IMG/VR virus record: IMGVR_UViG_3300002026_000124
Coordinates: 1 to 64,000 of that record
Source: a virus
Taxonomy: Duplodnaviria; Caudoviricetes
DNA length: 64,000 nt
Reading direction: 5' to 3' (one strand)
Positions 29,032 through 38,223 of the stretch are shown here, piece by piece. The position numbers and the translations under genes were made by a program. Below the pieces are notes generated by a model. It did not search any database. It had not been told where the DNA came from and was given only the letters and a program-made list of their open reading frames with translations. Within the stretch, counting starts at the first letter, position 1; the number at the start of each line of letters is the position of its first letter.

Positions 29032-29104
29032 TGCGTGTTGTGGAAGTTGGCTCTCCGGACAGAATCATAATCTGTAGACACTGGTTCAAATCCAGTACAC
29101 GCAA
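29032..29104 (+). tRNA. tRNA-CAT (Met or Ile2)
   Basis: Stem acaga/tctgt, loop ATCATAA. Confidence 0.8.
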
Positions 29105-29111
29105 CAATATT

Positions 29112-29186
29112 GCTCTCTTAACTCAGTTGGTTCAGAGTGTCACGCTTACAACGTGAAGGTCGGGGGTTCGACTCCCTCAGAGAGCA
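29112..29186 (+). tRNA. tRNA-Val(TAC)
   Basis: Stem tcacg/cgtga, loop CTTACAA. Confidence 0.92.
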
Positions 29187-29303
29187 CAAATGCCGTAAGT
29201 CTGGATAAAATTCCTTAAAGGGAAACTGGAGTAGCGAATAACTTAAAGCGAAGTGGTTTCGTGATAGACGGTTGTGATGAAAAGTTAGTCACTCATTAGT
29301 CGC

Positions 29304-29379
29304 AGGGTAGAATGGTGTAAGAATGGGAGCACGTTTGCGATAAGCAAAAAGACGAAAGGTTCGAATCCGAAATACCCCT
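29304..29379 (+). pseudogene. Degenerate tRNA-like sequence
   Basis: GGTTCGAATCC present but T-stem is 2 bp; anticodon loop lacks U33. Confidence 0.45.
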
Positions 29380-29383
29380 TAAT

Positions 29384-29458
29384 AGTCCCTTAGTTTAGTT
29401 GGTAAAAACGTCTGGCTTACATCCAGAAGATGCACTGGTTCGAATCCAGTAGGGACTA
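29384..29458 (+). tRNA. tRNA-Val(TAC)
   Basis: Stem tctgg/ccaga, loop CTTACAT. Confidence 0.9.
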
Positions 29459-29468
29459 CTTTTGACAT

Positions 29469-29534
29469 ACGGTTTAGGACCGTTATAGCTTCGGCTATAA
29501 AGGGGGTGGGATGTTCGCTACTGACCACCCCTTT
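29469..29534 (+). ncRNA. Compact three-hairpin element
   Basis: acggt/accgt, tatagc-UUCG-gctata and a 10-bp aagggggtgg/ccaccccttt stem. Confidence 0.45.
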
Positions 29535-29653
29535 ACAAAAAACGTTTAATTTTGCATAGTTATTCTTATTAATTTAAACTATCTGTGCAAATTTTATCGG
29601 TTGTAGAGGCGATAAGCATAGTTTATCGGTTGTAGAGACGATAAAATTTAAAT

Positions 29654-29735
29654 ACGGGTATAGTCCAACGGTAGGACGCTCTCTGTCCAAGGGGAGAAAT
29701 AGGCTGCAGTCAGGGTTCAATTCCCCTTACCCGTG
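29654..29735 (+). tRNA. tRNA-Asp(GTC)-like with aberrant anticodon arm and long variable region
   Basis: Acceptor acgggta/tacccgt, G73, D-stem gtcc/ggac, CTGTC present, loop irregular. Confidence 0.5.
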
Positions 29736-29795
29736 CAAAAAATAATTATTATCCTTGTATTATATATTAACTGCATATACTAAGATAATAAATAT

Positions 29796-29877
29796 CTCGC
29801 AGTGTCGTAATTGGTAGCCGGGACAGTCTAAGAAGCTGTTGCCTTCGGGTGTGTGGGTTCGAGTCCCACTTGCGAGA
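29796..29877 (+). tRNA. tRNA-Leu(AAG)
   Basis: Stem acagt/gctgt, loop CTAAGAA, long variable arm, A73. Confidence 0.8.
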
Positions 29878-29884
29878 CGAATAT

Positions 29885-29939
29885 GGGGATGTGATGAAAT
29901 TGGCGATACATGCCAGACTTAGAATCTGGCGCTAATAAA
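29885..29939 (+). pseudogene. 5' two-thirds of tRNA-Leu(TAG), truncated in the variable arm
   Basis: GGGGATG..D-arm..ccaga CTTAGAA tctgg, then no T-arm. Confidence 0.7.
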
Positions 29940-29952
29940 CTGGCTTCACTTT

Positions 29953-30029
29953 GGGGCAGTAGTGACAATTGGCTAACACGACAGATTTGCACTCTGTAAA
30001 TGGGGTATCATACATCCCCTGCTCCACCA
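29953..30029 (+). tRNA. tRNA-Ala(TGC) with non-canonical T-loop
   Basis: G3:U70, loop TTTGCAC, encoded CCA; T-loop ATCATAC. Confidence 0.75.
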
Positions 30030-30098
30030 CAACATTGGTTTCGAAAACCAACGTCTCCACTTTTCCAGAAAACCAAGTATTTATAATAAAGAAATATT

Positions 30099-30917
30099 GT
30101 GAATACTTGGAAAACTAATAGAAAAACAATTTTAATTAATTGTGAAAATTGTGGAAATGAATTCAAAAAAACATTATCTGAATATAATCGTTCAGAAAAA
30201 TTAAATAAAAAACATTTTTGTTCATTAAAATGTAATAATGAATCTAAAAAGATTAAACTAAAATTCTGTTTACAATGTAATGAAGAGTTTATTCCCGATA
30301 AAAATAAAACTAAGTTCTGTTCACATTCTTGTAACGCAAAATATAATAATAAAAATAGAAAGGGTATTAAATACAATATAAGTGAAAATGGTTTAATTGG
30401 ATTAAGGGAATCGTATAAAAATAATTTCGGATATGATATTATAAAATTTAGAAATAACTATTATCAATCACAGAATTATTGTAAAGAATGTAATGAACCT
30501 ATTCCATATGAAAAAAAGAATCATGTTTTTTGTAATCGGGATTGTAAAAGAACATATGATAGAAAGAATTTAACTGAATATCAAAAATACTATAAAGATT
30601 GTCAATTTAAATTTGGTTTATCAGACTATCCAAATGAATTTGATTTCGAATTGATTAAAACACATGGTTGGTATCAACCAAAAAATCATGGCAATAACTT
30701 AGGTGGAATTAGTAGAGACCATATGATTTCAGTAAAATATGGATATGAAAATAATATTAGTTCTGAGATAATTAGTCATCCTGCCAATTGTCAATTGATG
30801 ATTCATAATGAGAATATTAGTAAATATAAGAATTGTTCAATAACATTAGAAGAACTAATGATTAAAATTGATAATTGGAATGAAAAATATTCACAAATAA
30901 CAATGGGTTTAACATAG
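30099..30917 (+). mobile_element. Zn-finger/HNH-type homing endonuclease
   Basis: Repeated CxxC...FCS..C modules and C-terminal RDHMISV...HPANC...H..N..K. Confidence 0.75.
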
Positions 30918-30981
30918 TGGCGAGTGTTAACCGTAAGTCCTGCGTGGCTGGTAACGGTGGTTCGATTCCATCAGCCTGTTG
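30901..30981 (+). ncRNA. Non-canonical tRNA-like RNA
   Basis: Intact T-arm ggtgg-TTCGATT-ccatc, 7-bp D-like stem, 8-bp acceptor-like stem, no standard anticodon loop. Confidence 0.4.
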
Positions 30982-30986
30982 TTTAT

Positions 30987-31059
30987 GCCCTGTTGACGTA
31001 ATTGGCAACCGTATTGGTCTTAAAAGCCAAGTTTCTCAGTTCGAATCTGAGGCGGGGTA
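30987..31059 (+). tRNA. tRNA-Leu(TAA) with short (4-nt) variable loop
   Basis: Stem ttggt/gccaa, loop CTTAAAA, A73. Confidence 0.8.
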
Positions 31060-31095
31060 CTATTTAAAAATTTTATAGTATTTATGATAAAAACT

Positions 31096-31416
31096 ATGGA
31101 TACAAAACAAAAATTATTCGAGATGATGGGTAAACTAAATCATGATTTTAAACAATCAAAAATTGTTGAAGGGTTTGAAAATAGTAATAATCCAATTAAT
31201 TCCGAACAATTAACCCAAAAGGATGTGGCATCTAAAATTAGAAATCGAGGATATCAATATCACACAGATACTACACTTAAAACAATTGGTGTAAATGCTA
31301 TTATAGATGAAATGAAACCCAGAGATTTACAATATTTTTTGGATTTAGGGTTTGTACGTGAACCATTAGGTGATTTAGGTTCAGAATATGATTCATTAAA
31401 TTATCATTACATATAA
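31096..31416 (+). CDS. Hypothetical protein with LFE-type N-terminal motif
   Basis: MDTKQKLFEMMGKLNHDF; start at 31096, after GTATTTAT at 31078. Confidence 0.6.
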   Translation: MDTKQKLFEMMGKLNHDFKQSKIVEGFENSNNPINSEQLTQKDVASKIRNRGYQYHTDTTLKTIGVNAIIDEMKPRDLQYFLDLGFVREPLGDLGSEYDSLNYHYI

Positions 31417-31420
31417 ATCT

Positions 31421-31936
31421 ATGGACTACCATTTGAGTTTATTTATCATGTCGATTCTTGTATTTGTTTCCTATGTCGGAGCAGTATGGATTAAATTCGG
31501 TGTACAGCCATCAATAAGTGCAAGTTATGATTGTTGGAAAGGCTTATGGCAATCACTTTTCGTATTATTCTGTTGGGGATTTGCATTTCCTGCAATGGTT
31601 ATTGGTATAGAAGTAACGCCATTAATGTTTTTTGCTTGTGCTGGAATTATGTTTGTAGGTGCCGCATATGAAATAAAAATTAAATGGGTATATGAATATC
31701 ATATGGTATTTGCAATATCCGGAATTATATTTAGCCAGTTAGCAATTTACTTTGGTTATGATTTACTATGGGTTAACATAGTATCGGTTGTATTATCAGT
31801 ATTAATATTATTAGGTAAATTGTATCTTGGTTTAAAGAATCACTTCTGGTGGATAGAGTTAGTTGCCTTTGCTGCAATAGTTTATGCAATGGGAACTAAG
31901 ATTATTCCTTTCTTATATCTAACAACACTTAATTAA
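31421..31936 (+). CDS. Polytopic membrane protein
   Basis: About five hydrophobic segments. Confidence 0.65.
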   Translation: MDYHLSLFIMSILVFVSYVGAVWIKFGVQPSISASYDCWKGLWQSLFVLFCWGFAFPAMVIGIEVTPLMFFACAGIMFVGAAYEIKIKWVYEYHMVFAISGIIFSQLAIYFGYDLLWVNIVSVVLSVLILLGKLYLGLKNHFWWIELVAFAAIVYAMGTKIIPFLYLTTLN

Positions 31937-31939
31937 AAT

Positions 31940-32022
31940 TCGTTCGTGGTAGAGTGGTCGATTACATTGGTCTCCAAAACCAATAGAGAAATCTCACGTG
32001 GGTTCGAATCCTACCGAACGAG
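31940..32022 (+). tRNA. tRNA-Trp(CCA) with long variable arm
   Basis: Stem ttggt/accaa, loop CTCCAAA, G73, extra arm gag-aaat-ctc. Confidence 0.85.
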
Positions 32023-32231
32023 CATAAATAATGGTAAAAATTGCGGGTACGTACACAAGTCAAAGTTCTTTCCAACGGAACACCGACTACTACTGAGGGT
32101 AGAGATATTCCCAAGAGCAATATCAGTTAGTGTATGACCATTATTTTATAATTTTTTATAAAATTTCCAAAAATCTTTAAATTTTTATTATTTTTTATTT
32201 TTCAGATAGTATTTATCTGAAAAGTATAACT

Positions 32232-32411
32232 ATGGCAATATCAAAACAAGACAATGCTTGTAGAACGTTCATTATAAATGAAAAGGAGTACAATGTCTAT
32301 AAAGATGGGAAGCACACATTTGTTAAATCTGAGGATAAAATTGTATTTAATAGTACAAAATCTGATATAACTGTGTCTCAATGGTTAAAAAAAATAAGAA
32401 ATACTAAATAA
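32232..32411 (+). CDS. Small hypothetical protein (59 aa)
   Basis: Hand translation, after GTATTTAT at 32209. Confidence 0.5.
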   Translation: MAISKQDNACRTFIINEKEYNVYKDGKHTFVKSEDKIVFNSTKSDITVSQWLKKIRNTK

Positions 32412-32422
32412 TAAGAATTTAA

Positions 32423-34111
32423 ATGGCAATATTAGGAACAGATGTATCGGTAAGTGTAGGTGGTAATATTCGTTGGACGGGTGGTGCAACAACAAACTAT
32501 ACAGTACTTGAATTACATAGATTTTTACAAGATTTGGCTGACGATGCAGCTGCAAGTGGAAATGATTTAATTGATATTACAAGTAGTACACCATCTGAAA
32601 GGTCAACAGATAATATCATCACATTATTGGGAAGTTACAATATCGATGATACGATGGCGAAGCATCTTTATGATGGTTCTATTACGCAGAGTGGGGGTAG
32701 TACAGTATATTCTGGTTTAAAGGTGTTGGGTGCTGTAAATAACAGTGCAACTCAATTACAAGTTATTCAGAATAACGGTTTATATGATGGTGCAGCACCT
32801 TTCTGGGGAACTCAGGCAACTGGTGGTTTTAATGGTAGTGCAGCTTCCGGGGTTTTGATGCGATGTTTAATTAAATCGAGATTTGGAAATAATGATATTG
32901 ATGGTAAGCGTATTAGGGTACAGGCAAGACATTGGGGTGACACATATGATTTCTTTAACGTTACTTTGGGTCAGGGTGAAGCCGTAGCTGCTATTGGTAC
33001 AACACCTGATGCACAAAATACTACATCTAAGCCGACAGTTACTGCATATACTCATGTTGCGAACACCGAAGGTTATCAAACAATTAATTTAAATAATGGT
33101 AATGGTGCACAACCTTATTATTCTAAATGGACATATGGTGTAAATACTTCTGGTGATGGACTTAAAGGTGTTTGGGAATATATTAAAGATTTAACTGGTA
33201 CTGGTACAGCAAAAACTTTACATGGTATCAACGGTGAATTGTTTTTAGGTGTTACACATCAATATGCGTATAGTGGAGAAACTGGAACTGCATTTATTGA
33301 AGACGATGTTATTACTTGGGGTGCGGGTGCTACTGCAGGGACTGGTTTATTACTTGCATTAAATGATGCCGGAACGACTGGTACTGTATGGATGCAATTA
33401 CTAACTGGTGTTGCACCAACAAATGCGATGACAGTCAATAATGAAGCTGCTAATGGTAGTCATAAACTTAATGGGAATACTACTACAAGAACAATTCCTA
33501 AAGTATTTTTAGGTTCATATACAGGTTCACTAATTGGTGCATTTGGTATTGGTGTACTGGCTTCAAATTTACTTTCGACTGATAGTATTCAAGATTTACT
33601 TGGTGTTACTCAAATTCCACCAAACAACGTTACATTTACTGTATCTGGATTGGTAAGTGGACAGGACATGGTGTTGGTAGGACCGAAAGCTGGTGGTGAT
33701 ACATTTGACTTTGCACAATTAACATTAAATACAACATTAGCGGCTGGCTCAACAACAGTTGTTGTAACTACTGCAATTCCTTCTGATACACCTTCAAGTG
33801 GAACTATTAGGGTACTTGATAATAATGGTGTTTATATTCGTGCACCATATACATCATGGGCAGGAAGTACATTTAATTTAACCGGTACTTTTGGTAGTGC
33901 TGCAACTGCACCTAAAAATGTTTGGATATCATATATTGATAGACTTGCTGACGATACTACAGAAGCATTTACATCAATCTATAGTGCACCAAGGTCACTT
34001 TGGATTAGGGTTCGTGATGGTGGTGTGACTCCTATTAAAACATATGAATCACAAGGTACATTAGGTTCTGCTGGTGGTAGTGCAGTTGCAAGTAGAATTA
34101 CAGACCTTTAA
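32423..34111 (+). CDS. Virion structural protein (G/T/A-rich)
   Basis: 562 aa, beta-rich composition, late operon. Confidence 0.55.
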   Translation: MAILGTDVSVSVGGNIRWTGGATTNYTVLELHRFLQDLADDAAASGNDLIDITSSTPSERSTDNIITLLGSYNIDDTMAKHLYDGSITQSGGSTVYSGLKVLGAVNNSATQLQVIQNNGLYDGAAPFWGTQATGGFNGSAASGVLMRCLIKSRFGNNDIDGKRIRVQARHWGDTYDFFNVTLGQGEAVAAIGTTPDAQNTTSKPTVTAYTHVANTEGYQTINLNNGNGAQPYYSKWTYGVNTSGDGLKGVWEYIKDLTGTGTAKTLHGINGELFLGVTHQYAYSGETGTAFIEDDVITWGAGATAGTGLLLALNDAGTTGTVWMQLLTGVAPTNAMTVNNEAANGSHKLNGNTTTRTIPKVFLGSYTGSLIGAFGIGVLASNLLSTDSIQDLLGVTQIPPNNVTFTVSGLVSGQDMVLVGPKAGGDTFDFAQLTLNTTLAAGSTTVVVTTAIPSDTPSSGTIRVLDNNGVYIRAPYTSWAGSTFNLTGTFGSAATAPKNVWISYIDRLADDTTEAFTSIYSAPRSLWIRVRDGGVTPIKTYESQGTLGSAGGSAVASRITDL

Positions 34112-34173
34112 TAATTAATAATTGATTTTAAAATATATAAACGTATTTTTATGTACGTGGAAAGGAGTGCTTT

Positions 34174-37100
34174 ATCGCAACAATAGTAGTAAATACGTAT
34201 CTTGATGGTGGGGTTGCAAGAACTGCAGGTGAAACTTGGACGATAAATAGTGGTGCAATTTTTACAGTTAGAACTGATAGTCGATGGCATCTCAATAGTC
34301 CTGCAGCTTATGCTGGTTCATTTAGTACAATAATTTGTAATGAGGGTGAAGTGGTTTTTGATGGTCGCAATGTTAGGTGGTTAGCGATTAATACAGGTAG
34401 TGGAACTGCTGCAATTGGAGACACTATTAGCCAAGGCGGTGTATCTGGTTATTTTTTAGGCTTTTGGTCAAGTCTTACTGCGCAACCATCGTTAACAATT
34501 GGTGCTACTGGATTTATTAAGTTAAGAGAAGTTACAGGTGGTAATTATGCTGCAGGTGCTCTAACTTTTAGTGGTGGTGGTGCTGCAACAGCGACTAGTG
34601 CTGATGTTACTGGCTGGATAGAAATTGTAGCAGATGCTAGTACATCAATGACATTCCCACGATTAGGTAAACATACTATTCGTGGTGATTGGTTTTATCT
34701 TGCAAATACAAATGGTACATTAGGTCAACAAATACAATTACCCACTAATGGTGGTGGTGTGAATACGTTCTGCCCCGGTGTTTGGGTCGAAACTGCTCCA
34801 AGTTCTAATACTTATGAATATTTTCCAGCATTAACGACAAGTTCTGGTTGGGCTAGACAACATATTGGTGCTGCTGTTGGTGAAACTGATAAAAGACAAA
34901 ATTTTGTAAAAGATATCGGAAATGGTCTGGTACAGTTCGGAGAATCGTCAAGTCTTGCAGGTACATATGCTAACCTTGCTGCACAAGTAACTGCATATAG
35001 TTCAATATCACATACTTCCACATATACTGTAGTTAATAATCTTTGTACAATAACATATACAACTGGACATTTTTTAAAAACTGGTGCACAAGTTGGGGTG
35101 GATTTTACTTCAGGTGGTGCTTCTGCTTTAGATAATATATTTACTATTACAGTATTAGATGCTTTTACATACACATTCGCATTAACAACTGCCGACACAA
35201 GTGGTAATGCCACGGTAAGACCTGGGATATCAATGGCAGCCACTGCACATGCATTAGGTGTTGGCGATACAGTTTATTGTGATTTTACCACAGGAACTGG
35301 TGTTGATGGTCAATATACTGTTTATTCGGTGGGTAGTACTAGCGTATATTTTCTTGCTTATCCACATATTGCAGCACTAACAGGTGGTAACGTGTCAATA
35401 CATTCAAGATTTGTAGTAACATTTACTACACATGCATTGGCACTTGGTAATAGGGTTCATCTTGATTTCACAACAGGTGCTGGTGTTGATGGAATTTATA
35501 CTATTGTTGCAGTTCCAGATGCAAACACATTTCATATTGTGGCTAACAACGGTGCTACAGCAACTTCTGGAAACGTTAGTATTAGACAAACAATTGGTAA
35601 TGTTCCTGTAAGTGGTTGTACAATTAGAATACCAAATGTTATTTTACGAGAATGCCCTACTGCTGCAAGGGCGACTAATCAAATTACTGCATCCATTACT
35701 ACAAGACCTGAATGGCTGACTACATCCGCAGGTGCAATAGATTTCGAATATGCATATACTACATGGTATATGAATTTTTCGCAACCATATTCAGTTAGAT
35801 TATATCATTCCAGTACATACGACTCATTAATTTCAAATGAGGTTGCTACCGCATTAGATATTGATGACATGCATACTTCCATGTATGGTAGCCAAGACGT
35901 TGTGACATTTAATTGTACTTCAAATTTTGCTGGTGGTGCGGTTAAGAACTGTAAATTCCAAAGAGGAAATGCCCCCGGAACATCTGACCACGCTGTAATA
36001 GTAAATTATAGTAAGGACATTGTTTTCACTAATGTGACTGGTGGAATTATTCAGTATGGTAGGAGTTCAGGTAAAGGATTTTTTCTATCATATGATAACG
36101 GATGTTCATTCATTAATTGTAGAGGTTTTAATACCAACTTTCCAATGACTGCATGTATAAATATAACGATAAGTAATTACGACCATTGTGATAGATATAT
36201 TGGATATACAACTACTACTAGTCCAAATTATGCATTTCTTTTAAGTGCTGGTTGTTCAAATATTGATATAAACGGGATTAGCTTTGGTTTTAACGGAACA
36301 GTTCCTAACGTTCATCCGCATTCAGGTTTATTGTCGATTACTGCAAATAATGGAGTTAAATTGAGAAATGGTGGTTCAAAAACGACTCCATTGGCTTGTG
36401 GGTCGTGGAGACCAAACTATCACTCAATGAGGGTGACTCATATTACTGGAGGGAATAATGATAATATTAAATATCAGAGACTATATATTGATGATAATGC
36501 TGGAACTGGAGTATTTTCAACGGTAAATAGTGATAATAACATAACCTACGAGTCTGTTCATTGTGGCATATATGTAATGAGTGCAATGGCAGTATCTGTT
36601 CAAATCAATGCAGGTCTTAACTCAATCATCAAAAACGGAAGAGCGGGAAATACTACAACTACAGGACAAGCATCTGTATATGGTAGTCACTTTCAAGATA
36701 TATTCTTAGGTGATTTTAATGGTAGATTTATTCTTACATGTAATGAACCAACTGTTGAGACAATATCACAATTTACGATGGTATCTGGAGTAGCTAAATT
36801 TAACTCAGCAGGTGGTATTTTAATGGGGGTTATTGGTAACCAAGCAATTTTTGAGGATTCTTGTTTTAGATTAGGTCATACTGGTTTTCAGAATACCACA
36901 CCTTCAATGTCAGGTGGTGTTATTGGAAACTTTACATTAGAATATGATATTGATTTAGGCACTGGTTATACTAATACGTGGTCGACACTCAATGGAACAA
37001 ATTTGAGTGCAATTTCTGTCAATCCGGCAATCGGATTTAAAATGAAAATCAGAATAACAACTACTAATACAAATGCTGCAGCAATAACGCATTTAAGAAT

Positions 37101-37428
37101 TGATACAGTATCAACTGCTGCAGCACAGGAAAATGTTTATCCACTTGATACAGTTCCAATAACGATTAAGGTTTTGGATGCCATAACTAAATTACCAATT
37201 TCTGGTGCTAGAGTATATTTGGAAACAAGTCCTGCAGGGGTTGATATTTTCAACACATTAACCGATGTAAATGGAAATATTCAAACATCATTTTTCTACG
37301 AGTCGGATGTGAATGTTGTTGGTAGAGTTAGAAAATCCACTGAATTCCCATTTTATAAAACAGGTGATATTATTGGTGAAATAACTTCAGAAGGATTTGA
37401 CAATACCATTTTATTGATTTCCGATTAA
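34174..37428 (+). CDS. Large virion structural/fibre protein; probable non-canonical ATC start
   Basis: Frame open from 34141; AAAGGAG at 34161-67 followed by ATC-GCA-ACA; three internal ~60-aa repeats (V..DFT.G.G.D..YT). Confidence 0.6.
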   Translation: MATIVVNTYLDGGVARTAGETWTINSGAIFTVRTDSRWHLNSPAAYAGSFSTIICNEGEVVFDGRNVRWLAINTGSGTAAIGDTISQGGVSGYFLGFWSSLTAQPSLTIGATGFIKLREVTGGNYAAGALTFSGGGAATATSADVTGWIEIVADASTSMTFPRLGKHTIRGDWFYLANTNGTLGQQIQLPTNGGGVNTFCPGVWVETAPSSNTYEYFPALTTSSGWARQHIGAAVGETDKRQNFVKDIGNGLVQFGESSSLAGTYANLAAQVTAYSSISHTSTYTVVNNLCTITYTTGHFLKTGAQVGVDFTSGGASALDNIFTITVLDAFTYTFALTTADTSGNATVRPGISMAATAHALGVGDTVYCDFTTGTGVDGQYTVYSVGSTSVYFLAYPHIAALTGGNVSIHSRFVVTFTTHALALGNRVHLDFTTGAGVDGIYTIVAVPDANTFHIVANNGATATSGNVSIRQTIGNVPVSGCTIRIPNVILRECPTAARATNQITASITTRPEWLTTSAGAIDFEYAYTTWYMNFSQPYSVRLYHSSTYDSLISNEVATALDIDDMHTSMYGSQDVVTFNCTSNFAGGAVKNCKFQRGNAPGTSDHAVIVNYSKDIVFTNVTGGIIQYGRSSGKGFFLSYDNGCSFINCRGFNTNFPMTACINITISNYDHCDRYIGYTTTTSPNYAFLLSAGCSNIDINGISFGFNGTVPNVHPHSGLLSITANNGVKLRNGGSKTTPLACGSWRPNYHSMRVTHITGGNNDNIKYQRLYIDDNAGTGVFSTVNSDNNITYESVHCGIYVMSAMAVSVQINAGLNSIIKNGRAGNTTTTGQASVYGSHFQDIFLGDFNGRFILTCNEPTVETISQFTMVSGVAKFNSAGGILMGVIGNQAIFEDSCFRLGHTGFQNTTPSMSGGVIGNFTLEYDIDLGTGYTNTWSTLNGTNLSAISVNPAIGFKMKIRITTTNTNAAAITHLRIDTVSTAAAQENVYPLDTVPITIKVLDAITKLPISGARVYLETSPAGVDIFNTLTDVNGNIQTSFFYESDVNVVGRVRKSTEFPFYKTGDIIGEITSEGFDNTILLISD

Positions 37429-37513
37429 TTTTCAGTAAAATTTTTAAACATTAAATATAGTATTTATAGTAAAAATATATTTAAATTACTATATTTACAA
37501 AATATTTATTAAT

Positions 37514-37792
37514 ATGGCTAATGATATCGAGGTAGTAGAAGAAGCATATAGAGCGTTAAAACAACTACATATAACATCAAATGATGTAAATCAAGATTTG
37601 TTAGTTGTGATTGAAGAGTTAAAGAAGGAAAACGAATATCTCAAAGAACTTATTATCAATGCAGATAAGAATGTTGCAATCCAAAAATCTATCGTATTAA
37701 ATAGTTTGATGTCTAGTCAAGAAAAACATGAACGAGATTATCAAGAAATTTTGTTATTGAAAAATGAAATAAAATTATTAAAAGGTAAATAA
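37514..37792 (+). CDS. Coiled-coil hypothetical protein
   Basis: Heptad-rich 92 aa; GTATTTAT at 37460. Confidence 0.55.
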   Translation: MANDIEVVEEAYRALKQLHITSNDVNQDLLVVIEELKKENEYLKELIINADKNVAIQKSIVLNSLMSSQEKHERDYQEILLLKNEIKLLKGK

Positions 37793-38223
37793 TGGCTATA
37801 TCAATTAATTGGGGAACTAAAGTAATATATGTACCAAAATCAGATTTGACTTCATTGGGTGGAAACATATATGAACTCGATTTAGACTGGTTTAGATTGG
37901 AACTAAAATCTTTGGAGGATGGTGAAGAAGGCATAGTGTTTCCCGATACACATACACATAATTCACCTGTTACCCTTGGTGGTGCAACGTATGCACAGGT
38001 TATTGAATTTATAAATGGATATACAATAACTTTTGAAGATGGACAATATGCAGTAAAGGCGGTTGGTGCTAATAGCAATGTTGCTGACGTTACTAATGTT
38101 AATCAGGTTTCATTAAGAACCTCTAACTCAGCAGGATTGATTGTTGTGACATCCGGCTCTGGTGTTACCGAACAAGACAAATTAGATATTGCCAACAGAG
38201 TTTGGAGTAAAACATTACCATAA
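37792..38223 (+). CDS. Structural hypothetical protein
   Basis: 143 aa, translationally coupled to both neighbours. Confidence 0.55.
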   Translation: MAISINWGTKVIYVPKSDLTSLGGNIYELDLDWFRLELKSLEDGEEGIVFPDTHTHNSPVTLGGATYAQVIEFINGYTITFEDGQYAVKAVGANSNVADVTNVNQVSLRTSNSAGLIVVTSGSGVTEQDKLDIANRVWSKTLP

